From a virus (lineage: Duplodnaviria; Caudoviricetes), in the IMG/VR virus record IMGVR_UViG_2832187548_000002, positions 157 through 64,156 of that record: a stretch of DNA of 64,000 bases. One strand, 5' to 3'. A program made the position numbers and the translations under genes. Numbering within the stretch: the stretch's first letter is position 1; each line of letters begins with the position of its first letter. Below the pieces are notes generated by a model. It had not been told where the DNA came from. It did not search any database and saw nothing but the letters and a program-made list of their open reading frames with translations. Of the stretch, positions 38,908 to 46,552 are shown piece after piece.

Positions 38908-39666
38908 TCAATTCGTTTGCGTCGTTGCGTATGCTTGCGGGTTTTTGGCGGCTCGCCTCTCGGCTTTCTCACGCCGCCGTTCGGCCCATGACTTCCGCTT
39001 TTCGTTCTGTTGATTCGACCACGACAGGTCGCGGGCTGCCGGGTTGTCCGTGGGCCGGGGGCCTGGTGCGATGTATTTCCCGATGCGGTGGCGCTCGCTG
39101 TCGGTGTTCGGGTTGGGCAAGTTCCAGTTGTCTGCCAGGCGGTTGAGGCCTTGGCGCAGGCGCTTGATACGTCGAGTTCCACCGGCCCTGTCATCGTATC
39201 CGCAGACGCTGAGAACGAGAGAGCCGAGGGGCGTCAATCCAACTGGCCCAAGCACGGGTTCACGGGCATAGCCCTCTTGCCGCTCGACCTGAAAGGGCAC
39301 TTCCGTTTGCAGTGGCATGGCAAGGCCGGTTGCCAGTAGCAGCGACCACAGCTGCTTGCGTGCATCGACCCCGGTATCGAGCCCGCCGCCGCCGCCCTTG
39401 GCTTCGCCATAGGACGCGGTCACGCTGGGCAGGTGAATGGCACGACGAAACACCTTGGCCAGCAGGATCCCGGCTTCGTATTCCCGTGACGTGATCATGC
39501 GTCGCCGGGCGTAGCTGTCCAAGACGGTGGGTTCCAGCAGGTTCACGCCGTACGTGAGAACCATTCCCCCGTTGCTGACGTCACGGGGCACGATGGCATG
39601 CGGTGATTTCTGAGTGCGGGCCGGTGAGCCCATATCGACGTCTACGGCTGAATCTGTCGCTGCCAT
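38908..39666 (-). CDS. Putative late-gene regulator (Q-position protein)
   Basis: LDSYARRRMITSREYEAG...LVLSVCG...LRQGLNRLADNW; located just upstream of late promoter and cos. Confidence 0.65.
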   Translation of the reverse strand: MAATDSAVDVDMGSPARTQKSPHAIVPRDVSNGGMVLTYGVNLLEPTVLDSYARRRMITSREYEAGILLAKVFRRAIHLPSVTASYGEAKGGGGGLDTGVDARKQLWSLLLATGLAMPLQTEVPFQVERQEGYAREPVLGPVGLTPLGSLVLSVCGYDDRAGGTRRIKRLRQGLNRLADNWNLPNPNTDSERHRIGKYIAPGPRPTDNPAARDLSWSNQQNEKRKSWAERRREKAERRAAKNPQAYATTQTN

Positions 39667-39702
39667 GGTTGCCCCTGATTTGCTGGGGCCGAATATATCG
39701 AT

Positions 39703-39728
39703 GCGCAAACGTATTTGCAAAACGTCAA
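39703..39728 (-). promoter_or_regulatory. Operator family A in spacer of a TTGACG promoter
   Basis: GCGCAAACGTATTTGCAA followed by AACGTCAA. Confidence 0.65.
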
Positions 39729-39759
39729 TAAAAGCCCGAGGGCAGGATTAGCGCCGCGC

Positions 39760-40085
39760 ATGAAAATCAATGACTTAGGCCCGTAACGATCCGAAAAGCC
39801 CCGTTACGGGGGTCGTTACAATGATCGTTACACCTCTAAGCTACTGATATATATATTATATTATATGATTATATATATAGATGTAACGATGTAACGGCGT
39901 GATGACGTCGCATATGCGCGCTACGGGCGTGTGGGCGCGTGCATCGTGTGCGTGTCTGCATATGGGTATTTTTCCGCGTTACAGCGTTACACTTCGCTGC
40001 TAATCACGATTTTTTCTTGCGATTTCATCGAGTTAAGGGCGTAACGATCCGTGTAACGGAGGGTGTAACGATTGGCGTAACGGGC
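39760..40085. repeat. Putative replication origin: 12 GTAACG/CGTTAC iterons around an AT-rich core
   Basis: Copies at 39783, 39802, 39814, 39826, 39883, 39891, 39977, 39985, 40041, 40053, 40065, 40077; TA-rich 39846-39880. Confidence 0.75.
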
Positions 40086-40100
40086 GCGCGTGGGCTGGAT

Positions 40101-40436
40101 TCAGGCCGGTTTCGGCCCCGCCATGACACGGTAATACAGCGGCTCGAACGGCAGGGAATCCATGGTGACGACGGTGCGCCATTCCCCATTCCACAAATGC
40201 GCGCCTGATATCCAGTAGCCGGACGCGGGAACTGCGCTGGCCTTTCCAGCGACGATAAACGAGTAATCGCCGCCATTGCCTGCGGCATCGGTGAGCCTGT
40301 CCATGGTGCTATCGTCGAGGCGCTGCCAAGCGGTCTCTTCCACCGCCTTGACCATCGCCTCGACGCGCCGACGCGACAGGGCAGGCATGCCGAGTGCGGC
40401 GCGGATGGCAGCAAGTCGTTCGTCGGTGATGGCCAC
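40101..40436 (-). CDS. Hypothetical protein
   Basis: GTG start after GGAGG; start uncertain. Confidence 0.55.
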   Translation of the reverse strand: MAITDERLAAIRAALGMPALSRRRVEAMVKAVEETAWQRLDDSTMDRLTDAAGNGGDYSFIVAGKASAVPASGYWISGAHLWNGEWRTVVTMDSLPFEPLYYRVMAGPKPA

Positions 40437-40441
40437 GGCAC

Positions 40442-40705
40442 TCACCTCCGGTTGGCTGACGCCTCTCGCAAAACAGCGAGACGCCTCGACACCTCGTCGG
40501 CGATTTGTTCGGCACTGCCCCAAAAAGCGACCTCTTTGGCCTCTTCTTGCACATTGCGCACGACTTTCTCGACTGTCCTGTCAGGCACCCCGGCAGCAAG
40601 CGCCACTTGAACGGAGACGCTCATCTTTTTCCAAGGCTCGATAGCCTGCCGCACAAACGAGCCGCCCACTGCCATTGACAAGGATATCATGTTGTCTTTG
40701 GTCAT
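40442..40705 (-). CDS. Hypothetical protein
   Basis: ATGA overlap with upstream ORF. Confidence 0.6.
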   Translation of the reverse strand: MTKDNMISLSMAVGGSFVRQAIEPWKKMSVSVQVALAAGVPDRTVEKVVRNVQEEAKEVAFWGSAEQIADEVSRRLAVLREASANRR

Positions 40706-40947
40706 TCCGTCCCCCTTACTTTCTGATCTGCACGGGCATTGTCGACGCCAGCAGCCCACTGGACGTACGCTTTGCTGCCGGGTGGAAAAAGGTGATTAGG
40801 CTCGTCTGGCATCGAATAACCAACGGCGTAAGCGTTGCCACCGCCCCCCATGCCTCGATACTTCTCAACATCGGGCCGCATTTCACGAAGCTGGTCGTAG
40901 ACCTGCTGATGCATTGCATTCTTGAAGCGGCGTCGGCGGATTTTCAT
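40702..40947 (-). CDS. Hypothetical protein
   Basis: ATGA-coupled. Confidence 0.65.
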   Translation of the reverse strand: MKIRRRRFKNAMHQQVYDQLREMRPDVEKYRGMGGGGNAYAVGYSMPDEPNHLFPPGSKAYVQWAAGVDNARADQKVRGTE

Positions 40948-41198
40948 TCTGTCCCCACCTCAATTAAATCGGCCGCATCAAGCCATTGCTGCCACACGCG
41001 TTCAACGGCAAGTTTTGCAGCGCCGAGCGAGTCCGCTTCACCGTCGCCGGCCGTAACTCTTCTCATGTGAACGGCGCGATTGGCATCATAATAGAACGTG
41101 CCGTCATCGCGCTGGCCGGCAATGCCCACGACAAGTTCGCCCTGGTAGGCAAACCAGATGTCGTCCTGCTGTTTCCATCGCAAGCCCAAGGTCACGCC
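40944..41198 (-). CDS. Hypothetical protein
   Basis: GGGAGG RBS before GTG; coupled to neighbours. Confidence 0.6.
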   Translation of the reverse strand, partial: GVTLGLRWKQQDDIWFAYQGELVVGIAGQRDDGTFYYDANRAVHMRRVTAGDGEADSLGAAKLAVERVWQQWLDAADLIEVGTE

Positions 41199-41713
41199 CT
41201 CCCGCAATAGCCTTCGCGCACGGCGAAGTTGTACAATTCAGCCTCAAGCGTGGGCAGGTCATCGGGGGAGGCATGGAACTCGGTGTTGCCGATATCCAGC
41301 AACCACCCACCATCCTTTTCCTTAACGATGTACAGCTTTGCCATGTACACGTTGCCCGCCAGCTTCATAGGGTAATAGGCTTCCCCTATGAAGGCCTCGA
41401 CATCGTCGACCGCTTCCGCCGTCTGCTGAAACTCTTCGAATGAATAGACATCGGCGTTCGCCGTGTCGACGGCGGCAAGCACAGCCTGCCAATCGTCGCC
41501 GCTGTAGGCCTCAGCCTCGCCTACCATGACGGAAAAGCGGGGAAGGTCGGGGATATCGCGCTTTTCAGGTTGGACATGATCGACGAATACCGTGGCGAGG
41601 CCAGCGGCCCAGCTGGGGCACATGTCATTATGCCAGGACTGGTCAACCCAATGGGCCGGAATTGCGGGCAGAGTGGCCGGGTCGAAGTCGGGGAATTCGG
41701 TGCGGTAGGACAT
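41192..41713 (-). CDS. Acidic hypothetical protein
   Basis: MSYRTEFPDFD...DQSWHNDMCPSW; GAGG RBS. Confidence 0.7.
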   Translation of the reverse strand: MSYRTEFPDFDPATLPAIPAHWVDQSWHNDMCPSWAAGLATVFVDHVQPEKRDIPDLPRFSVMVGEAEAYSGDDWQAVLAAVDTANADVYSFEEFQQTAEAVDDVEAFIGEAYYPMKLAGNVYMAKLYIVKEKDGGWLLDIGNTEFHASPDDLPTLEAELYNFAVREGYCGRA

Positions 41714-41721
41714 GGCGGGCC

Positions 41722-41901
41722 TCAGTCGAGGAAGGACAAAACAAGCTGATAGTCGGCGGGGTTCGCGTGGCGCTTCCAGCCACGGCGGTCGGCCTCGACG
41801 AGGCGACGGCAAGCCGCGAGCACCACGGTTTCGCCGGCATCCTTCGCGGCTTCGAGAACTTGCCAGACGATGCGCATGCGGGGCGTGGTGTAGATGGACA
41901 T
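41722..41901 (-). CDS. Small hypothetical protein, first gene after operator-B promoter
   Basis: GGAG RBS; promoter at 41927-41955. Confidence 0.7.
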   Translation of the reverse strand: MSIYTTPRMRIVWQVLEAAKDAGETVVLAACRRLVEADRRGWKRHANPADYQLVLSFLD

Positions 41902-41908
41902 TGGCTTG

Positions 41909-41957
41909 CTCCGTTTCGATGATTGGATACTATACGTAATGTATAGTTCCGTCAAGC
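41909..41957 (-). promoter_or_regulatory. Promoter/operator B cassette
   Basis: TTGACG-N17-TAGTAT with TATACG-TAA-TGTATA (41931-41945); near-duplicate at 43040-43087. Confidence 0.7.
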
Positions 41958-42099
41958 CTAACACGCTGATTTAGATCAGATTTTTCGTAGGCGATAAAAT
42001 CGGTGCCATGTCTGCGCGGTGAAATTTTCCGACTTATGGACCTTCTCATGAGCGCGGCGCCTTCCTAATTGGGAAGCCCTAGCAATGGAGGTGCATCAA

Positions 42100-42339
42100 A
42101 TGGGAAAGCCGAGAGAGCCAGACCTGTACGAAATCGCCACACAGATAGCCGTCGATGCCGGGGCTATCGAACGGGACGACGAGCGGGACGGACGGACTAT
42201 TGACAATTTCGACGACGAGGCAGCCGAAGAGGCCCGCAAAGTCGGTGCGCAAATGGTCGATGACGGGGAGGTCGATTGCACGCATGAAGAAATGCGGCGG
42301 GCGATAGACGACGTGATCGCGGACGCGGCATCCGAATAG
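42100..42339 (+). CDS. Small highly acidic protein
   Basis: GGAGGT RBS; about 25 of 79 residues D/E. Confidence 0.75.
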   Translation: MGKPREPDLYEIATQIAVDAGAIERDDERDGRTIDNFDDEAAEEARKVGAQMVDDGEVDCTHEEMRRAIDDVIADAASE

Positions 42340-42354
42340 CCGCTCCGGCCGGGC

Positions 42355-42573
42355 TCACCCCTCGTCGTCGTCGCCTAGGTCGATGGCCTCACCAGGGCGG
42401 GGAGGGGTAGGGCACAAGCGCGCCTCGATTTCACGGAACGCGCGCCAGAGTTCGCCGCGCCACGGCTTTGTTGCCGCCAAGGCATCGGCATGCGCGATGC
42501 CCTCCGCGTGAAACCCTGTCGTCAACAGGGCGCGGAAGGCTTCGCATAGGTCGGGGTTGCTGGCGCGGGGCAT
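42355..42573 (-). CDS. Hypothetical protein
   Basis: TGATG overlap with upstream ORF. Confidence 0.55.
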   Translation of the reverse strand: MPRASNPDLCEAFRALLTTGFHAEGIAHADALAATKPWRGELWRAFREIEARLCPTPPRPGEAIDLGDDDEG

Positions 42574-42803
42574 CAGGCCTGTTTCTCGCGTTCGGCATAG
42601 AGTGCGCAATCTTTGCCGTCATCAGGCCCCGGTTGCCACCGGGATGGTGGCCATCTGTACCATGCCTTGTGCGCAACGGCCGGTAACGTCGGCTCGGGCG
42701 GGTCGGGCGCAAGGCATGGATACGACAAACCTCGACGGGGGCTGATACGCCCCAGCTTGTCGGGCTTGACGTCGAGGTATTTGCAGGTGCGGCAGGTGGG
42801 CAT
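42573..42803 (-). CDS. Cys-containing hypothetical protein
   Basis: TCRTCKY...C...C. Confidence 0.6.
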   Translation of the reverse strand: MPTCRTCKYLDVKPDKLGRISPRRGLSYPCLAPDPPEPTLPAVAHKAWYRWPPSRWQPGPDDGKDCALYAEREKQA

Positions 42804-42808
42804 GGGTC

Positions 42809-43030
42809 TCACCACAAGTACTTTTTGTCGCTGTTTGTGAACGTAACTAGACGCGCCCTGAAATCCTCAAAGCCCTCATGGTAAGCCTTCTCGGCAGCCT
42901 TCTGCATGCGGAGTTCTAGCTCGGAGGCCAAATCTTCGATGCTAAGGCCCCTCAACTCATCGGCATCCGGCACCCATCCGACTGCGAATTCATCACCATC
43001 CTTCTTCTTGATTTTCACATCTTTGGCCAT
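42809..43030 (-). CDS. Small hypothetical protein, first gene after operator-B promoter
   Basis: GGAGG RBS. Confidence 0.7.
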   Translation of the reverse strand: MAKDVKIKKKDGDEFAVGWVPDADELRGLSIEDLASELELRMQKAAEKAYHEGFEDFRARLVTFTNSDKKYLW

Positions 43031-43039
43031 TTCTGAGCC

Positions 43040-43087
43040 CTCCGTTTCGATGGCTTAACTATACGCTACGTATAGTCCACGTCAAGC
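43040..43087 (-). promoter_or_regulatory. Promoter/operator B cassette
   Basis: TTGACG-N16-TATAGT with ACTATACG-CTA-CGTATAGT (43058-43076). Confidence 0.75.
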
Positions 43088-43091
43088 GAGA

Positions 43092-43118
43092 ATTTGCATA
43101 TTGCAAACATGTTTGCAA
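43092..43118. promoter_or_regulatory. Operator family A, perfect 18-bp palindrome
   Basis: TTGCAAACATGTTTGCAA at 43101-43118 plus upstream half-site; near reverse-complement of the 1188 site. Confidence 0.75.
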
Positions 43119-43171
43119 AACAGTAACGTCTTTGCAGCCTGGCAAACGCCCGGCGTAGCGGAGATTCGAAG

Positions 43172-43510
43172 ATGGAAGAGAAAGAGAAACGCGGGGCGCG
43201 GGCCTACGCTCTGGCCTGCAGGGATCTGGAACAAAAGATCCTGCAAGTCTTCACCGACCACGCCAACGCAATCCGGACCGCCGTTCATCCCGACCACGAA
43301 GAACACACGGTCGAACTGGTCATCACGGGTGGGGTGCGTGCCATGTTCTGCGCTGCCTATCACACACTGGCTTGTGTGTCGTTTGGCGAAGATGCGCAGC
43401 GCCGCGCGGAAATCCGGCAATTCTTTTACGAAGCGCTGGCCGATATCGAGGCGTCCCGAAAGCTCCCGCCCGTTTACGACCCCTCGAATGTGCCCGAGGT
43501 GGTGCAATGA
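43172..43510 (+). CDS. Hypothetical protein
   Basis: GGAG RBS; ATGA overlap with next gene. Confidence 0.7.
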   Translation: MEEKEKRGARAYALACRDLEQKILQVFTDHANAIRTAVHPDHEEHTVELVITGGVRAMFCAAYHTLACVSFGEDAQRRAEIRQFFYEALADIEASRKLPPVYDPSNVPEVVQ

Positions 43511-44718
43511 ACGCCCTCGTCTCACGCCGGGCGCTGATTGCAGCCCTTAAGCTGGCGCTGCCGGGTGTCGACAAGTTGGGCGCGCTGCCGTTCCGCTATG
43601 TCTGGCTCGAGGTGATAGAAAATCACCTGCGGGTGCGCACGTACAATGCCGAGATCGCTATTGACGTGACAGTTCGCGCGGAAGGGCGCGGCGCGACGGA
43701 AGGATCTGTCTTCGTGCCGATGTCGCGCTTGCTGCGCGTCCTGTCCGCCATGGAAGACGATGAAATCCACCTCGTCGCGATCTCCGGCCGCCTTGTTCTA
43801 GGGGGCAGGCGGCAGCGCATGCAGATGCTGGGCTTGGCTGAGAAAATCGGCGATGTCATGCCCGAGTCCGGCCCGCCGCCGCTTTTCTCACTCCCGCTTG
43901 CCGAGGGGCAGTTGCACGGCATCATTCGGCCCGTCTATCACGCTGCCAGCTATGAAGAGACGCGGTACTATCTGAACGGCGTCTGTCTGCAGAACGATAG
44001 CGACGGCAAATTGCAGTTGCTGCGGACGATAGCCACCAATGGTCATATGCTGGAAAGCCGCGCGACGGGCGTCCTCCAGCAGCTGCCGAACCTGTCCGTC
44101 ATCATCCCGCATGTGGCCGTCAAGGCGATCCTGCAAACCTCGCCAGACGTCGAGGCCCGGCTCGAACTGTTCGGCGACGAGAAGCGCCCATATCATATTG
44201 GCCGGTATGTCGGCGATAACTTCGAAATCCGGTTCAAGTTGATCGACGGCACCTATCCCGACTGGCGGCGCGTTGTGCCGGATGTCGCCGGCGGCGCGTT
44301 TGTGGACGTGTCCGCCCTCGAATTGCGCAGGGCGCTGCGTTTCGTCCGTTCTTCGATAGGTGGCAGTTTCAGGTGCACTTGCCTGTTGCCGATCAGCGAT
44401 AGCGAGATCGGACTCCGTTACATCGAGGACGGTGGCGACTACATCACCACGGCCCGCATCCCCGGCACCTCAACACCAGATCTCAAGGACAAGCCTTTCG
44501 TGCCTGTGGGCCTCAATGCCGAGTATCTGGCCACCCTCGTCGAAACGGCAGTGGGAACCCTCCGCATAAAGCAGTCCAGCACGGACTTGGGGCCTATCGT
44601 CCTACAGCATGAAGGCATCCCCTATGCCGTCACGCTGATGATGCCGATGCGCATGGACGACAAGTTGCGCAATTTGAAGGAGCCCGAGGTTCCGGCCGAG
44701 GCCACCGCCGATGCCTGA
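43507..44718 (+). CDS. DNA polymerase III beta sliding clamp-like protein
   Basis: EETRYYLNGV, ATNGHML, VIIP, LIDGTYPDWRRVVP, GLNAEYL, LMMPMR. Confidence 0.85.
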   Translation: MNALVSRRALIAALKLALPGVDKLGALPFRYVWLEVIENHLRVRTYNAEIAIDVTVRAEGRGATEGSVFVPMSRLLRVLSAMEDDEIHLVAISGRLVLGGRRQRMQMLGLAEKIGDVMPESGPPPLFSLPLAEGQLHGIIRPVYHAASYEETRYYLNGVCLQNDSDGKLQLLRTIATNGHMLESRATGVLQQLPNLSVIIPHVAVKAILQTSPDVEARLELFGDEKRPYHIGRYVGDNFEIRFKLIDGTYPDWRRVVPDVAGGAFVDVSALELRRALRFVRSSIGGSFRCTCLLPISDSEIGLRYIEDGGDYITTARIPGTSTPDLKDKPFVPVGLNAEYLATLVETAVGTLRIKQSSTDLGPIVLQHEGIPYAVTLMMPMRMDDKLRNLKEPEVPAEATADA

Positions 44719-44926
44719 AAACAACCTGACGGGCTGCCGGTCACAAATCTGCCCGCGCCGCAAGGAATGCCTGCGCAACCCGGCCGCGCCGAATGCAGGC
44801 GAACACCACACCTTTTTCAGGCTGGGGGTGCCTATGGCGCCCTCCGAAACCGAGGACTGCGAACTCTTCGTGCTGAGTTCGCTTGGCCATCTGGCCGGAG
44901 AGGGCAAATACAATGGCAGGCGATAA
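44711..44926 (+). CDS. Small Cys-containing hypothetical protein
   Basis: C-x4-C-x5-C-R...C; overlaps neighbours. Confidence 0.55.
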   Translation: MPENNLTGCRSQICPRRKECLRNPAAPNAGEHHTFFRLGVPMAPSETEDCELFVLSSLGHLAGEGKYNGRR

Positions 44927-45143
44927 TTTGCTTGAGATCGACGAGGTGACGGTCGAGGGCTGCACGTGTGGCCGGGTGCACGTCATGCTGTTTGCCGGCG
45001 GTCGCGTTGTTGCGCGCATGACGAACAGCCCGCAAGGCACTGTTGAGGTCGCCACCAGCATGGTGCGCGCCGCGCACACCGCCCGCCGTTTCGAGGCGAC
45101 CGACGTTCCCGACACCATCGGCACACCAGTGGGGCGGGCATGA
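44913..45143 (+). CDS. Hypothetical protein
   Basis: Operon-coupled; CTCG motif. Confidence 0.55.
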   Translation: MAGDNLLEIDEVTVEGCTCGRVHVMLFAGGRVVARMTNSPQGTVEVATSMVRAAHTARRFEATDVPDTIGTPVGRA

Positions 45144-45436
45144 GCACAGAAACATGGCGCGCTGGCAAGCCGGTGCTGCGCCTCACGCCTCGGCAGTTCC
45201 TGGACCTGCCGGAATACAGCACCACCTTTCCGACCGGAACAACACCGGGCAAGCGGTGGCGCCGCCTCGACGGGGCCTATGACACAGTTTTCATCCGCAA
45301 GGGCGGTAAGCCCAAGTGGATGATTGGGGAATACGACCCGAACGATGACGGCAAAGGCCCGCGCATCAAAATCAACTGGTACCGGCCTGTCATTGTAGTG
45401 CGGGCTGGCGCGGTGATCCTCGATGACGCCGCTTGA
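45140..45436 (+). CDS. Hypothetical protein
   Basis: LPEYSTTFPTGTTPGKRWRR; ATGA overlap. Confidence 0.65.
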   Translation: MSTETWRAGKPVLRLTPRQFLDLPEYSTTFPTGTTPGKRWRRLDGAYDTVFIRKGGKPKWMIGEYDPNDDGKGPRIKINWYRPVIVVRAGAVILDDAA

Positions 45437-45899
45437 TGTCGTACGTGAGGCCGCGGCCACCTATAAGGTCCCGGCGCATCAGTTGATGGGCGGGCGCTAC
45501 CAGGGCAGGTATTCCACCGCCAGGCTTTATGCCGTCCGCCAGCTGCGCAAGGCCTTCCCCCGCCTCAAACATGCCGAGGTGGCCGAACTGGTTGGGGTGG
45601 GGGCGCGCAGAATTTCGGCGATGGCCAATTCTAAGCGGATCATCATTCCGCCCAACAACGTCGACCCTATGGAAGTCATCAAGCAGGTTGCGGCCGAACA
45701 CGGAATCGCGCCGGCCGATATCCTCAAGCCCGGCCGGTTCAAGCACCTGGTCGCCGCCAGATATGACGCAATCCGCCTCGTCCACGCCATGCGGCCGGAC
45801 TTGCCGTATCTGGAATTGGCCAGGATCTTCAAGCGCGACGGCAGCACGATACGCTACGCGCTATCCAGGCCGGCAGCCGATACGGGCGCACCGAACTAA
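45423..45899 (+). CDS. Protein with tandem DnaA C-terminal (domain IV)-like HTH repeats
   Basis: Two repeats; second: VIKQVAAEHGIAPADIL...R...LVAAR...ELARIFKRDGSTIRYAL. Confidence 0.75.
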   Translation: MTPLDVVREAAATYKVPAHQLMGGRYQGRYSTARLYAVRQLRKAFPRLKHAEVAELVGVGARRISAMANSKRIIIPPNNVDPMEVIKQVAAEHGIAPADILKPGRFKHLVAARYDAIRLVHAMRPDLPYLELARIFKRDGSTIRYALSRPAADTGAPN

Positions 45900-45946
45900 G
45901 TCCCTGAAAAAGATCATGAAAATGCAAAAATTCCGCAGGTCAAGGC

Positions 45947-45977
45947 TTGCGGAAATGCACTCTTTAGTGCATATTAT
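45947..45977 (+). promoter_or_regulatory. Promoter with palindrome ATGCACT-CTTT-AGTGCAT
   Basis: TTGCGG-N17-CATATT; inverted repeat 45955-45972. Confidence 0.55.
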
Positions 45978-46029
45978 TCAAGCGCTGAGGGGGCGGGATG
46001 GTCCCGCCCCGCGCTGGAGGTAAGAGGGA

Positions 46030-46110
46030 ATGAAGCTGCAATACTTCGCCCTTGCCCTTCAGGTGACAGTGGCGATCATGCTCCTAGTGAGCCTGATCCA
46101 CCACTGGTAA
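46030..46110 (+). CDS. 26-aa hydrophobic peptide
   Basis: MKLQYFALALQVTVAIMLLVSLIHHW; GGAGGTAAGAGGGA upstream; flanked by hairpins. Confidence 0.6.
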   Translation: MKLQYFALALQVTVAIMLLVSLIHHW

Positions 46111-46172
46111 ACTGAAGCCCGCCCGTCCCGGCTGCACCCGGGGCGGGCACCTCCAAACATAAGGTGGAAGGC

Positions 46173-46415
46173 ATGCGAGGGCAAGATTTCCTGCGGTGGA
46201 TGGACGTGGTAGGCGCGCGCTTTGCTGGCGACGTCGCCGAGCGCCTCGGCACGGGTAGGAACATAGCCCAACGATGGCTTGCACTGGCGAAGGCGGGGGA
46301 GGACGTGCCGGTCCAGCATTCATATGCGCTGGCAATGTCCGCCCTCGCCAGCGGCCTGAAACCATGGGGCTCGAGCCCCGATGCGAAAGGAGCCGGAAAT
46401 GACAATGCGGAGTAA
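46173..46415 (+). CDS. Small HTH regulator
   Basis: DVAERLGTGRNIAQRW...ALAMSALASGLKPW. Confidence 0.7.
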   Translation: MRGQDFLRWMDVVGARFAGDVAERLGTGRNIAQRWLALAKAGEDVPVQHSYALAMSALASGLKPWGSSPDAKGAGNDNAE

Positions 46416-46491
46416 CAAACTAGCGTGGGCGTCGATCGCCGTGTCTGTCGTGATTATCGGCCTGTTGGCCGTCCAGTACCTGCACGGCTGA
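46399..46491 (+). CDS. 30-aa single-TM peptide
   Basis: MTMRSNKLAWASIAVSVVIIGLLAVQYLHG; AAAGGAG RBS. Confidence 0.6.
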   Translation: MTMRSNKLAWASIAVSVVIIGLLAVQYLHG

Positions 46492-46511
46492 GATCTGACG
46501 CCGTAGAATCG

Positions 46512-46552
46512 GAAGCCCCGCCGCGTCCATGACACGCGGCGGGGCTTCTTTA
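46512..46552. terminator. Strong hairpin between convergent units (probably bidirectional terminator)
   Basis: 15-bp perfect stem GAAGCCCCGCCGCGT/ACGCGGCGGGGCTTC; T-run on plus side. Confidence 0.7.

Noticed and set aside
39846-39880. (TA)n microsatellite as an independent phase-variable repeat
   Set aside because: Imperfect and embedded between iterons; better explained as the origin unwinding element
43058-43076. loxP-like recombination site (TATACG/CGTATA hexamers)
   Set aside because: Arms are in the opposite arrangement with a 3-bp spacer, and copies overlap promoter or RBS elements, which fits operators better
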